From positions 186,001 through 250,000 of the forward strand of contig MU057521.1 of assembly GCA_013265495.1 (NCBI GenBank): a DNA stretch of 64,000 nt, given 5' to 3'. Made by a program: the position numbers and the translations under genes. Position 1 is the stretch's first letter, and every line of letters starts with the position of its first letter. This DNA comes from Vicugna vicugna. Lineage: Eukaryota. The notes under the pieces are model-generated. The model searched no databases. It was not told the origin of the DNA and worked only from the letters and a program-made list of their open reading frames with translations. Of this stretch, positions 25,530-38,965 are shown piece after piece.

Positions 25530-26360
25530 ATATATATATGATACAGTGATACAATTTTCAGGCAGCATTCTTCAGTGAACTGCTGGTTGAACTTTGATGA
25601 GCTAGTAGGTGAAATCAGGATACAGGGTGAGATATTTATGTAGTACAAAAGTATCTCCACATACTCATTAATTACACATGGAAAAAGAGAAATTTTACAG
25701 TGAAGAAACTGACAGACATCACCTTATTTCACTGCTTGAAGTTAACATGAGTAGTAATGGAACACAGTGAAACCCTAGATCTCCAAAGGGGCATAAGAAG
25801 AACACAGAATCACTGGGATAGTCCTGCCAGAAGTGCAAAGCCTGGATCTAATCATAAGGAGAATTCAGACAAACCCAAACGGAGGCTCATTCTACAGAAT
25901 AACTGACCTGTAACCTGCAAAATAATAAGATCGTAGAGGCAAAGGCAGGACTGAGGCGCTGTTCTAGAGGTGAGTAAGTAAGTAAATATATTGAGGATAG
26001 TGAGAGCCAAGGTTCTCAAGTCGAGAAGGTATTGATGAAAATGAGGAAAGCTAGAATGAATCTTAAGTTTTTTAATTGGAATTGGTGGTGTCAGTGTGAA
26101 GTCATGTTTTTGAATAGGTTAATGGATAAACAGAAAAACAGGAAGCACACAGATCGACAGACAGATACATGGACACACGCACATGCATCTATATGTACAT
26201 ACTGAAAGAGTCAAAAGAGTCATGACAGCTAAGTGCAATGCATGATCCTAGACTGGATAATTTTGCAAAAAAAAGACATAATTGGCAAAACTTGAATGGG
26301 GTATCTGGAGGAAGGGATTATGGATTTTCTGAAAACTTAACAGTTCTTGCAAAATTAAAT
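25530..26360 (+). mobile_element. L1MC-like 3' region
   Basis: ttttacagtgaagaaactgacagacatcacctt...gacaaacccaaacggaggctcattctacagaataactgacctgta are L1MC4-type landmarks. Confidence 0.8.
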
Positions 26361-27297
26361 TTTTTTTATCATTTTGAGAAATTTCGTACAAGATAAAACA
26401 ATCAATACTTTGAATATTGTAATTTGGAATAGGCCAATATATCCAACTTAGAGTGTTTTAAAATACAGTTTTCTATTTTACTATGTAATTATATGTTCTA
26501 ATTATACAACCAATTCCTGTAAGCATACTTATATAATTAAATGATATAATTATAGAGTAATTACATAATTATTGTAATGATATAATTATAGTAACTACTC
26601 AATTACAAAACATTCAATGCACAGGTAAAACAACGAAATTAATCGCTTTAATAAAATATCTCCAGAAAAGCCATTTTAAATTTGAAAAAAAGTTTAATTG
26701 ACAGCATGTTTTAAAACTATAATATATACATATGAATTTTAGATGTACTCTATTTTTCATCTTTATTCACTATTTAAAAAATACAGACCTATTCAAGAAA
26801 AATATTGTATATTATTATTATTATTTAATGTTTAAAGTGAATTGATTTTCTAAAATTTACTAAACTGTCGAGTCCATTATTTTCTAAGTTATTTCTAATT
26901 ATTTGTATGGAGGCATGGAAAATGGTTTTGAGAGCAAACAATTTTGTTGATTTTTTTTCTTGTTGGTTCTTAAAAAAGAACTCTCCATGTAATCAAAGAT
27001 TCCTAAATATTTTTTACCAATCTCAGGGCAAATAGGAAATCCACAGCATACATGCAAAGGTGAACCCACAAGCTCACATTAAATAACTAATTATTTAAAT
27101 CACCAAGATGAACGGTCTCAGAAGACTCCTGGACATGCCGTCCTTTACTAATTTTTCATTTGGATTAACGTCTGAATGTGTGTGTGCCCATCTAAGAATG
27201 CCGCCTTTATTTTACTTCATTATCTTGTTTATACATTGTCTCGTTCAGTTTGTCAGTGCCTCCCTTTGCTTCGCTCTTCCTTGCAAGTGTTTTACAG

Positions 27298-27470
27298 AGT
27301 TAGCTTTAGGCCAGCAAGTACTAAATGTATCCACAAGAATCCCAGCTTCCTCTTGATTGTTTTGTGATGGAAGTTTGTGCCTGGCTCCCAACAGCATTAC
27401 AGACGCAGCTTTTTCTTCTAGTATTCATTTGTCTTATTTCCAGGAAAATAAATATTTGTGTTTGTCATTT
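27298..27470 (+). other. Candidate terminal exon with poly(A) signal
   Basis: Long pyrimidine tract ending gttttacag|A. Stop TGA at 27354-27356. AATAAA at 27447-27452 followed by GT-rich tttgtgtttgtc. Confidence 0.25.
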
Positions 27471-27794
27471 CACTTTGATGTGAATTTAGGACATTTGGTC
27501 ATGGGTATTTATGTTATAAATTCTTTTATTTTTTGATTCCTGAAAGCCTTTGATTGAGGGAGCAATCAGCAGCTTTTCTCTATGAGAGAAATGGTTTGCT
27601 GGAAAAGAGAGAATAACTCTGGTCTTTCTGACATCAGAGTACACAGGTCATTGCCCTTTGCAATATTTGCATTTTGATGCTAAAATATCCTGGCATCCAT
27701 ACACCTCTATTGTACTGGGAGTATTTTAGCCCCGTGAATAAGCCCTCCTTGCAGTAGAAAATCTGCAGGTAACTACTGGTCAGTCCTTCTTACA

Positions 27795-27939
27795 TTCGGT
27801 TCCTTTGTATTTGTAGTTCTTCTATATCCGTGGTTCCGCATCCTCAGATTTAACCAACCTCAGATTGTGTAGTTCTGTAGTATTTGCTATTGAAAAACTC
27901 CATATATAAGTGGACTGGCGAAGTTCATGGGTCAACTGT
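27795..27939 (+). mobile_element. Tigger2/MER8-like TcMar fragment
   Basis: tatccgtggttccgcatcc...tataagtggac...gggtcaactg|ta terminus. Confidence 0.75.
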
Positions 27940-28398
27940 ATATAGTTGACTGGGTACACAATCTATTGTATTAATACTATTGTACCTATTTTTATAAATA
28001 TAAGCTCCAAAGAAAATATTCTAGCTGACGTTTTTATTCCATGCCATAGAATTGTTTAGTATTTAGAAATGACAGAACCTGCCAAATCGCATCTTGACAA
28101 TACATTTTAAAACAAAATAAGCAATCATGTCAATGAGGCTTTTAATAACTGCTCATAATACAACAGAGTGTTTTAAATTATCATGAAGTAAGCACTTCAT
28201 TTACATTTAACTAGGCATGGATTGTATACTAATTAAACCTTCACAGTGAGGGATACATCATCATGTGTTAAAAATACAGATAGCTCTTAATTGGAATTCT
28301 TACACAGGCTTTTAAAGGCGGAATGAAGACTGCATTTTAATTTTAAATTGTTTTGTCAAGATGTGTGTTCTAATAGATTTAAGAGATGAGACTTTGAA

Positions 28399-28603
28399 TC
28401 AGGGTTGGAAAAACCATCACCAAATCCGGTCCACAACCTGTTTTTGTAAATAAAGTTTTATTGGAACATATCCACACCCAGCTTTTGACTGGTTGTCTGT
28501 GGCTGCGTTTACACTCTGAGGCAGAAGTGTATGAACTATATGAACTGGAACACCTAAAGTAATTGCAATCTGGTTCTCTATTGGAAAAACTTGCTGGGTC
28601 CTG
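28399..28603 (+). mobile_element. MER58A-like hAT-Charlie element
   Basis: cagggttgg...ccaaatccggtccacaacctgtttttgtaaataaagttttattggaaca. Confidence 0.85.
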
Positions 28604-29425
28604 CTTTCAATGAATTCAGACCAATTTTCCTCATTCCTCTTATATTCTCTCTTATTTGTGAACCAGTGCTCGCAGGAACACACAAGATGAAAAAATGAAC
28701 AGAACCTTAAACTATTCAATAACACTAAGAACGCTTTCCATCCCAGAAGCCTTCCTATGCCCTCTAGGCTTTCTCCTCAAAGGATCCATGGTGGCAGGCA
28801 GCCTATTTCAGTTATAGGCTGGAGGACATGCAGAAGGATGTTTAGGAATCAAATCCCAAATCCTGATCCCCAGGTTCTGCGACGGTTAGCAAAGCTTTGT
28901 GATAGTCAAGATTCAAATAATAACTTCAATAATCACACAAAGTTTCTAACTCTCTGAATCTTAGAAATTCATTTGGCAAGTAGACACCATATCTAATTCT
29001 AGTTTACTGATATAAACATATATTAAAGGTATAAAGAGGTGTGTGCTAGCATGGAAGCTTTCCTAGAAATTTTTTTCATACTGTAAAATCAAGGAAAGTG
29101 TCAGCTCTACATTATTCAGTATCAACACGTTCCACATTATGCTTTCTGCTGCCACTTAGCATGCGCTCACACAGTATGAAGAACATTACCTATAATGCAC
29201 GTCATGCCATTTAAAGTCAGCTTCCATTATATCCTCCATATGCTGAAAGTAAATGATAGTATTAATTCAAAATCAGGCTGAGGATGGACAGCAAATCATG
29301 TTTGGATGTCACGACATTGGTCCCGTACGTGAAATTTCCCAGTGACTTCCTTTACATGCATTCATTCTGGCCCAAACACCTGGAGGGAAAATCTCAGTAA
29401 TTTAAGGTCCTCGTTTAGAGAAATA

Positions 29426-29455
29426 CACACACACACACACACACACACATACACA
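29426..29455 (+). repeat. (CA)n microsatellite
   Basis: Seen directly. Confidence 0.95.
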
Positions 29456-29489
29456 AATGTTTTGGTGCCTGTAACCTCCTCTACATGTA

Positions 29490-30123
29490 TAATAAATTCT
29501 CGATATCTATGGTAGTTATATTCCATAAAGTCACGGCGAAAAATGAGTGAGTGAACACCGAACCATTGCTTCTAGCCAAAATACCTGTGAGCCTCCAATC
29601 CCATATGATCAATACATAACCTTGTTTTATTTGGGTTTCTGTTTAAAGACACCTTATTTAATGTATATTACTGATTCAACGTTAAGTTGAACTCATGACC
29701 AACAGCACGCCAACTCACACCTGAATGAAGCTCATCTACCACATGGATTTTCTCCATAAGGCACATCTCAGCCTTTGGCAGCTTCGGGACACTAGGGAGC
29801 GCTTCAGCGCTATGCTTGGGGGTCATTTTTAAAAAGCAAAATTGCTAACAAAAAGCACAAAAATGAGAAAAACATAGCACTTAATAGAGCATGAACAGGA
29901 CATTTGGTTTTAGTGTTAGAACTGAAACAAGAGGGCAGAGAAAGCCACCTTGCTTGTGTGACTTCAGCTGGGAACATACCTGGCAAGAAGACTCAAGTTC
30001 TTCGCTGCTCTGCACGTGTCCCCGAAGGATTGCATAAGCACCATTCATTTGAGGGTTGCCAGTACATTTTATTGAGTAGGCACATTTGCAAATACGGAAT
30101 CTACAAATCATGAGGATTGACTG
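29490..30123 (-). mobile_element. MER82-like Tigger element, near full length
   Basis: Colinear with recalled MER82 (gtttctgtttaaagacaccttattta, acttcagctgggaac, gcaaatacggaatc...tgaggattgactg). Confidence 0.85.
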
Positions 30124-30334
30124 TGTATATCTATATGTGTTTCCTATTTTTATTATCTACTGATATGGATGTGTTCTACTTGGAGACCACCACTGCTAGT
30201 CCTTAAAGGACAACTACTATTAGCTCCCCAATACTGATAGTAAACACACATGTGCGCAGAGACATAATTGTATAAACTGATCTGAAAGGAGCCTTAAACA
30301 TGATCTAATTATTTTTCAAAAATAGGAACAGAGT

Positions 30335-30476
30335 GGGGGAGGGAATAGCTCAAGTGGTAGAGTGCATGCTTAGCATGCATGACGTCCTGGGTTCAATCCC
30401 CAGTATCTCCTCCAAGAATAAATCAATGAATAAACCTAAATACCTCCCCTCACCAAAAAAAAAAAAAAACAAAAAA
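30335..30476 (+). mobile_element. Vic-1-type camelid SINE with TSD
   Basis: gggggagggaatagctcaagtggtagagtgcatgcttagcatgcatgacgtcctgggttcaatcccc plus poly(A). TSD aggaacagag at 30324-30333 and 30477-30486. Confidence 0.95.
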
Positions 30477-32554
30477 AGGAACAGAGAAGCCCAAGATCAC
30501 ATGGCCAGTTACCAGCAATAAGAGGACCAGAACACAGCCCTCCTTTCTCCCAGGACATTTGTTTTGTTTTGTTGCAAAAGCATCTGCGCTTCCAAAGCTT
30601 TGTTCTCTTGAGCCACAGGGATTTTCATGCCAACAGCTTGCTGCTCAGCAACACAGGCATATTCCCTTAGTGTTATGAACAGGCGTTTGGGCCATTTAAA
30701 AATCTGTAATAACAGTGAAGTGTAGCCACTTCTCGAACCTGGCATCCGTAAGCAAGTAAATAACTTGCTAATAAAAGTGGTCAAGAGCAAGTTTCTTTTT
30801 GGCTTTTCTTTGAGCTCTATAACTAGCAAATCATTTGCAAATGCAGGGATTACATTTTGTATGTCCATCACGTTGATAAATTAAACATGACCAGTTTTTA
30901 CACAGGAATAGTGTGATCATATCATAGCAAGTGAACACAAGCTTTAATGAGCTTACCTTTAGTTTTTCTTGGCATCCCAAAGGCCAGATTCTTTGCGACT
31001 TGCATAGAGCTATTTGGAGTAACATTATTTTTGGTAAGAGTATAAGTTACCAAGATTAGTTGGCCATACGTAGCAGGAAGAATAATAAATTATGAACCAC
31101 CACATCAATTTGGACAACCTTCTTCAGACTCTCTTGGCTCTCGTTTGAATGAAGAATGAAGCCATTTCTTTTTTCCTATCTTCCCTTTTATAATGAAAAT
31201 AATCCCAAATTTCATAAACTTACCAAAAGTGGAGTCAGATCTCACCAGTCCAAAAGAAGATGGCAAATCATATCCCGCTGTATCACGCTGAGCTGTATTC
31301 TTCAGTGTTCAAAGAAGGTAATGGCGGGAAAAGTTGTCCTGTTCTAGAGCTGTTCCCTCATCTCACGAGGGCTTGCTGCCAGTGGCCCAGGTGAAAACAA
31401 TGTGGAATCATTTCTTCTGCCTTCTCTGCTTCCTTGAGGACAAAATATTTGTGTCTGTTAAAATAGCCATGTGTCCAAATTGCACATCAACAGGAAACTT
31501 TGAATTTTCACTTCCCAAAATGCTGCAACTCTATCAATAATCTTTCAGCTCTTAAAATTCAGAGCATCTGTGTAGCATCCCCTACACTATCAAGCAATAA
31601 TACCGCCTCCCTTTAAAATTTCCCTAATTCGTTTATTCATGTGGCTTCTCCCTAAACAGACAGTGAACATCGTGAGCACCAGAGAAAGGTTGAAGACTCT
31701 GACATCAGTGTCAGTTTCCACTTCTTACAATCTAACACCCCTAGTCAGTCTAACCAGCGTAAAGTAAATTATTAGCATTTAATGTTTCAGCAGCAGCTTA
31801 GTAGTGGTTTTTTCAATGAATGTGAAAGAGAACGATTGCATTTCCTGCTCCCACTTCCAATTTAGCCCCTAGTCAAAAAGTAACCCTGGCAATCACTGCT
31901 CTCCTCCTTGTGATTTTGCCTTCACGTCTGTTTTTCTTTTCCCAAAAACAAATAACCTTCATTAGATTTATCAGGTGAAATATAGCAATTATGTCTTTAA
32001 TCTGTACCATAGAGATAGTAAACTTAATTCACATCATAATTTAGAAGAAAAAAGCAGTTAAACAAAGCAACTCATATCAATGAGAGCTGCTTACATTTTC
32101 AGGAAAGTTTTGTGAAATCAGTATTCACATGGAAATTGATGTCTAAGACACTTCATAATAATAATGATGATAGTTCTTTTTCAAACCATATGTTAAATTA
32201 CTGAACCATCTCAAAATCCCTATTTAGATAATATTTCCAGAAAATATTACGATATAAATGCAACACACAATATCTTTAATATGAACTCTTCTATTTTGTA
32301 AGTGTTTAAATGGTATGCAGAGTCTAGAAGGAGTCAGTACTTCCACCAAGAGTACTCTAGTATGAATATATGAAAAGTTTATGTTTGTGTCCTATGTAAA
32401 GGCTGAAAGGAGAAAAAAGCCAACAAACTAAATTAAGCAATGATTTTGCAAAGGTCTTGGAGTGTTGAAAGGATTAATAATCTATTATTAGTTTTTCAAG
32501 TGTGGTCTGTCAACCAGCCACCATCAAATTTCCCCCACCACACACACACACAAA

Positions 32555-32850
32555 TTACCAGAAAAACCTGTTGAACTAGCAAAGGTAAGTTTATTAGGTT
32601 TGCTTCAGTAACGGAGCACACCACCTCGATGGTCTCAGAAATCTCTCAGAAAGATGATGGCAAGAGAGGATGTTTACAGAGTTATAGGTCCAGGCTGAGT
32701 GATTTCAAGGTGAGTTTTGCAAAGCAGAGAACTGGGCGGGATTGGACAGAGTTCATGATATAAGGGTTTCGTACTTCAGGCACAGAAAACATTGTGAAGT
32801 AAACTGTTTAGTTAGTTGGTTTAGTCTGATCTTCCAAGAATATATTTTTC
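32555..32850 (-). mobile_element. Old LTR fragment (family uncertain)
   Basis: Minus-strand AATAAA context (gtttatt) near the left end and an LTR-like layout. Confidence 0.35.
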
Positions 32851-32879
32851 CTGGAGAAAAATTTTTTTCAACTACTTAA

Positions 32880-33002
32880 TTTTGGGGGGGGGATGTAACT
32901 TATTTTATTTATTTATTTTTAGTGGAGGTACCAGGGATTGAACCCGGCACCTCGTGCATGCAAAGCACATGCATGCTCTATCACTTGAACTGTCCCCTCC
33001 CC
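32880..33002 (-). mobile_element. Vic-1-type camelid SINE
   Basis: ggaggtaccagggattgaacccggcacctcgtgcatgc...ctctatcacttgaactgtcccctcccc is the reverse complement of the SINE head. Confidence 0.9.
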
Positions 33003-35179
33003 ACTAAAAACTTTAAGTTATTTTGCCTAATGCCAGTATTGTTGAGCACAAAGTCAGAAAAGTACACCCTGTCCCAGAATTCTCAGCCCAGAAACAGGCA
33101 AGTCTGTTGGTTCTCAGAATTGCATAGCACAGGGACAAAAAAAACAGTTTAGTTCCAAGTCTCAATTCTGCCTCTAAACTCTTATTGTCCAGTAAAAGTT
33201 GCCCATTATACAGATTTAAAAATAGAAACAACAGCAATTTGTTGTCCAGCCAACTAGGCTATTGGACCAGTCACAGAACACCAAAGTCAGTACCCAGTGT
33301 AGTGTTCTTCCCATTCCTTTTACACAGAAGAAATTTGAGTTTTATTCTAGTTTTAATTAAAAGTCGAATCTAATTGTAGCTAAAACATAGGTAGCAATTA
33401 TAACTTAAGCTTGAAAACAAATATGTACTTGATCATCCAGGGGCTAAGGATGGAATTTCTCATCTTGAGTATTGGATAGGAGAACTTAAGCAATTATTGT
33501 GAAAAATTTCAGAAGATTCTACAAAAATCTCAAATCTCAAAGAAAAAATAAAGCTAAAAACTGTGTGGTCTTATACATGCAAATGTACACATGGCTGAGA
33601 ATATAAATGTGTGTTGTAACCAAGCAAATGGACCTTTTCTAGACTAGACCCTAAATCCAGAATCGTAATTAGTCTCTAACAGGCCTCAGTGGGAATTTAA
33701 AACAGACTTCTTCAGGTAAACTCTGCCCATTAAGTCTCCCAAATTAGGGTATAAAGCATGGCTGGAACTTAGCACCGTCTGACTTCTTCACTGGGCAGTC
33801 TTGTATGGGACACAGTCTGCAGGATACACTGGTCGCACTATCTAGATGAATGACTCCCAGACCTCCAAAATGCACTTGCTACAAAGTACATTCACCGAGA
33901 AGAACACAGAGATGGCATTAGAACATACTGTTCTTATGCTAATTTTAGGCTTTGAATATGCTTTTAATTTCTCTGTTCATGTGTGTGTTATAAAGCCTTT
34001 GTAAGAGGTTTGAATCAGCTCTTAGTTTATGTATTTAAATAGGCTTGCTGATATATCATAAAACATACCACTGAATCCTAGAGACTATAAACCACAAATG
34101 TTTTACTCTGCTTTCCAGCTCCTGGACCCATTCAAGCTCTATTACAAAGCCACATGAAAGCGAACATTCAGAAGCAAAACTGCGGGAAGAAAATAAGTTA
34201 ATATATGTTTGTTGGGTTGATGGGAATCTAAAATCATAGTAAAATTCTGACACACCTGAAGTTGGTCCTTTGCCCTTTATGAGGCAATAAAAATTCAAGA
34301 TTCTATGTAACTATCATTTGGGTTTCCTTAATTTCTCTTTATTACAACTGGAAATGAATTGTAAGGAATTCATCTTTAATGCCCCAGTATTGCTCATTAT
34401 TATTTGGTAGATAATCTCCCAAGATATTATTATCATCCATCCATTTGGTAGCAAAACTATTTAAATGACATTCAGTCCAGCAACTAAAATTAAACTTATT
34501 ACACACTTAAAATTGTAATCTCCTATGAAGCAAAGAATTTGTTTCTCTTGAAGTCCAAAAAAGTGAAATAATAGCTTAAAGGAGAATTGATTCTGTGGCT
34601 GCAGGGAGTGCAGAGATGATCTGAGGGAGTAGTGTTTAATATTCTACAACAAAATGTTCAGACACATCATATCATTCAGTTTCCTCTTTTATTTACAACA
34701 ACAGGATTGTCCATCAACCAGTGACAAAATGTTATCACCACCTTTCAGTTTACCTGTAAAGTGAATCACTACTCAGATTGTATGACCTAAATAAATTGAT
34801 GTGTGGCTCTTTGGAGATGAGGAGTGGCATGCTAAACAGCAATATTCCAGCAGGCTATCCTTTGCCACAGGCATGCACTTTGTCATTTCAATGGCTATTT
34901 CATTTGAGAGAAAAGACTCCACAAATCTCTGGATTCTAATGTAAGACATTTAACAGAGAGGTTCAGAATGATGGTTAAAGCAACAGAGCTTCCCAAAGAT
35001 TTTTTTTATTTAGAACCGCTACCAAATATTTATTTAAATTGGAAAACTGTCTTCTTCATAATTGGTGAAAGAAATTGGGGAAGATTAATACAGAGATTCT
35101 AGGGAGAATAAGTTATGCCTTCATTCCAGAAACAAGACTAATAAGTTTATATGTTGAAATTGCACATAAAAAGTAAATA

Positions 35180-35815
35180 ATGAGCAAGAAAAGATGGAAG
35201 AAAGACATTTCATTTTGTCTCTCCTGCCAATCACAACAAAAAGCCCTGGACAAAGTACACAAATGACCTGCCAGAAGATTCTGAAAGACGGAGAAAAAAA
35301 GGCATATATGCGAGTGAGCTCAGGACGTGAGTAAAAATCCACTGATAAGCTCCCCGGGATTTTTACTTGCTTCCTATGCATGCTAGTCAAGTGCTAGAGA
35401 AGCCCACAGCCTGGAAATGCCAACCAGCACAGACCTAAAAAAGGCTCAAGAAGAGTCAAAGGACTGGGAAAAGGGCAACCTCGTAGGCTATTTCCTTCTG
35501 CTCTTTCTGTCCTTGAGACAAACACCATGAAACAAGTCATGTCCATGAGTGCCCCAACAGGCAACGAATTAACCGAACTGCTTTCCGTCTTTTCCCCTCC
35601 CTCATCAGGCAACAGGCAATGAATTAACTGAACTGCTTTCCTCCCTTGCCCCTCCCCCATCCAGTTACCAGGAGGCAGCCCTCCAGGTAAAGCTTGTGAG
35701 TGGACCTCTGACTCTGGTCACCCTGACCTATCACAGTGGGTGTCCCTTGCTCAGGGAGCCTGTGGACGTAATTCTCACCTTCATCCCACCCGAGCCCCCG
35801 GCCAAGTAGCAGTCT
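35180..35815 (+). mobile_element. Ancient L1M 5' end
   Basis: acaacaaaaagccctggaca...agaagattctgaaagacggagaaaaaaaggca. Confidence 0.6.
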
Positions 35816-35849
35816 CACGCTAATTTTCTCCTAATATGTACTTCTTGCT

Positions 35850-36320
35850 CATTTACCATGAAGATGTCCTGCGTTTCATTAGAAACAGCTTTACTTAATT
35901 TAGCTCCTTCACTTTCAACTAACAAGCATCACATGTCATTTCCAGGAGGATGAAAACCCCAGCCAGGAAGAAACTGACATCCAAGAAGAGGGTAGCTTGA
36001 CTTATTTTCTCTTTTTCTACTCAGAGTATTTTATTTTGGTTTATAAAAAAGTATTTTGTTCAGACACCATACTGTAGAAATGTAGCTATTGTTGGGAGAA
36101 GCTAATGTTGGTTCAAATCCAAAGGAATACCTAATAGCCGGCTTTTAAGGCTTCCCCCTGAAGAAACACCTCTTCTGCTCAGGTTGTCATCGGCCAAGCA
36201 TGCTACATAGTCACCTAATTTTAAGGTGCAGGAAGTACCATCTTCCCATGCACATAGGAAGAGGAATAATTAATGCAGCTATTGAACAAAATAATGTAAC
36301 AGTCTTTGTTGTTTAAATCC
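35850..36320 (-). mobile_element. MLT1-type MaLR LTR relic
   Basis: tcatcggccaagcatgctacatagtcacctaa...aagg resembles MLT1J/K-group sequence. Confidence 0.45.
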
Positions 36321-37124
36321 CTTCATCATATTATAAATGAGAAGGTCTCTGACTGTTTTTCAAAGTAAAGACCACTTCAGTAGTGAAAATACAAATACTC
36401 TTTCTTTAATTCTCGGTGTACTTAAGCCTCAGTAATATGAGGGGATTTTCAGTAAAGTAGATTCGAAGAGACAGTTTGGCTCTTTGAATGTAAACAGACC
36501 TATAAATACATATCAGCACTGTGGAAATTCACATGATGATTACAAACCTCGTAACAGGTGGTGTTTGTATACATCCAACCTCAGCTGGTCCCTGATTTAG
36601 TGGCCTCTGATGTGTCAACATCGTAACTAGTGATGGAAACAGAATTCCTCTGGAACTTATTTTTTATCTCAGGTGACTTAGTTCAGAAAATTGTTTTATT
36701 ATTTTCTAAAATAAATAGCATGATTCACTGAAAAAGAAAATGTTGATATGCAAAAAACTAAGAAAGAAAAAAATGTTATTTATGCATGATTATATTACCC
36801 GGAAGTAACAGCTATTAATATTGTATATTTGCTGTGTAAACTTTTTCTTCCCTGCATCAGCGCAATGCTTGCCACATAGTAGGACTTGAATAGATTTTGA
36901 ATGAACAAATGAATAGCACATTCACATTTAAAAATATGCATTTCAATACAAATGAAAAGTACTATTTTAAACAGTATTTCCTTCCAAAATGGATCCATAA
37001 ATTTTGAAATGTATTCTAAAAATATATAATGAACTGCTCTTAAAAAACAAACTAAAGATAGGTCTTTAGACAATTTAATTTGGGATATTACATCACCAAT
37101 CTGAATATTTATATACATTGAAGC

Positions 37125-37639
37125 TTCTGCGTAAGCCCTATATTAAAGAAACCTGCTTAATCTTGGTGAATTCAGGATTTCCCAACCTTGCTGAGTGGAT
37201 TTTTTTTCCTGTATATCAGCTTATTCTAGAATATAAATCATTTCCTCTTACATTCTCATCATACAAATCTTGTCCCCATGACCCTGGAATGGGCAAGTTT
37301 ATGCCCTTTGACCTCTTGTACCCTGTGGCTACTGCTTATTGGAGCAACTACAAACTTCTGATCCAGGACAGGCACATCAGACACTCTGTTCAAAAATATG
37401 AGAATGTGGACACAGGCACTCGTTTGGAAAACAAATGGGAGATCTTGGGGGCTGATAAATGAACTGTAAAGCTGATTAGAGACAAACAGTGAAGAATGAA
37501 GCAGATACACAATGAGAAGCAAAGTCAAAGAGACAACCAACTATTTAGTGAGCGAGTAAACAGGGAGCAAACAAGAGAGAAGTTACCTGACAATGACCCA
37601 GTTCTCCTGAGCCTAATAATACATTCACAATTGGATTCC
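37125..37639 (+). repeat. Segment A: source arm of a 515-bp inverted duplication (partner 47965-48478)
   Basis: Reverse complement of 47965-48478, with about 7 substitutions and 3 small indels by eye. The ORF track gives near-identical peptides on opposite strands. Confidence 0.97.
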
Positions 37640-37700
37640 CAAGATTCCCTTACATCTTTATATTAAACATCATTTTAAATCAAGCTTATTTTTATCAGTA
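37260..37700 (+). mobile_element. Old MLT1-type LTR relic overlapping segment A
   Basis: ccagttctcctgagcc...ttggattcccaagattcccttacatctttatattaaa...aagctt resembles an MLT1K/L 3' end and runs past the duplication edge. Confidence 0.5.
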
Positions 37701-38908
37701 AACACACCTACTGCCATCTTTCTTAATGAGCGCATAATATTACACTTGGAAGCATCGTTAATTCATTTAAACCATCTCAAGTGTTTGAGCACTCAGGTGG
37801 TTTCCAGTATACCTCCTCATTCTGGACCACTTCAGTTAAGAAAGACCTGAACCTTCAGGCCACTTATCTCTTCCACCTCTGCGTCTCTTCCCTTTATTTT
37901 CTCTACATGAAGCAAGATGAAGTCGGTTTGAAATTTGCTGCCTTTTGTCCCTCCTACCCTATGCAGCAGGTCTCAAGCGCTAGTTGTCATGGGAAAATTG
38001 TCTTATGGATGTGCCCGCGTTATCTGAGACCGGCAGGCTGAGTCCTGATGTGCTGAAGAAAATCCCCACTCTCTTGTCAAAGCCGGGTTTTCAAGCTTAT
38101 TGTCCTGCTGCCAATTTAAACAAACAAACAGACAAAAAATCTCATTTGACTGTCAAAGCTGAAAAATGACTTCCGTGTTTTAGAGAGTATTCACTGAAAT
38201 TCAGAAAGTCATTTCTTCAACGGGGCTAGAGGGTGGGGAGAGGAAAAAGCCTCTAGAATGACAATATTTACATGATATGGAAATAAATCTGAAAATGTTT
38301 TTTAAGCACTTTTTTCTATTATCTGTAATTTATTATAAGTTTGAAGCAACATAGACAAAAACACAAAACATGTATAAAAAATGAAAAATAAAGAATTGGA
38401 AAACATAAAGTAGCAAGGAATAGCAGGCCAACAGAAAATAAAGATATATTTAAAATAGAATCACCTGTAGTAAAAATAAAATAAAATAAAGCTTTGTAGG
38501 GGAAATAACAGAGGGATGTCTTGTTAGCAAGGACCTGAATATTTAAGATGCACTGACATACAGTTTTACTGCTGATGTTCAAGTTTTTTTAAGTGTAGAA
38601 AGAATAACTTAATGGGACTTGACTTGGTTTTTTTTTTTTTTTTTTTTTACAACAGAATAGAGATATAAGTTCGTATCATTTGCCAGCCTGAAAATCTTCA
38701 CAGATAAAAGCCAAGAATGGTTTTTACAGCAAGGAACATAACCATAGGTTACAGCTACATTGTCTTCCAGTAAGACATTATGTGCATACTTCGGAAGCAA
38801 CGTTTTATCTTCTACCATCATGCAAGTGTCAAGAGACCTTTCCTAAAAAGCAGCTGAACCTCTGGCAGGCACAGGAATGAGATATTTAAAGGCCCGTGGT
38901 ACTACTGT

Positions 38909-38965
38909 CTTTTTTTTTTTTAATTGAAGTATAGTCAGTTTACAATGTTGTGTCAATTTCTGGGC
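38909..38965 (-). mobile_element. Minimal (~55 bp) L1 3' tip with TSD
   Basis: Poly(T) plus aattgaagtatagtcagtttacaatgttgtgtcaatttctgg. TSD tactactgt at 38900-38908 and 38966-38974. Confidence 0.9.

Noticed and set aside
30335..30410. tRNA gene
   Set aside because: The tRNA-like A/B boxes belong to a SINE head with an A-tail and TSD. The same applies to 25397 and 33002.
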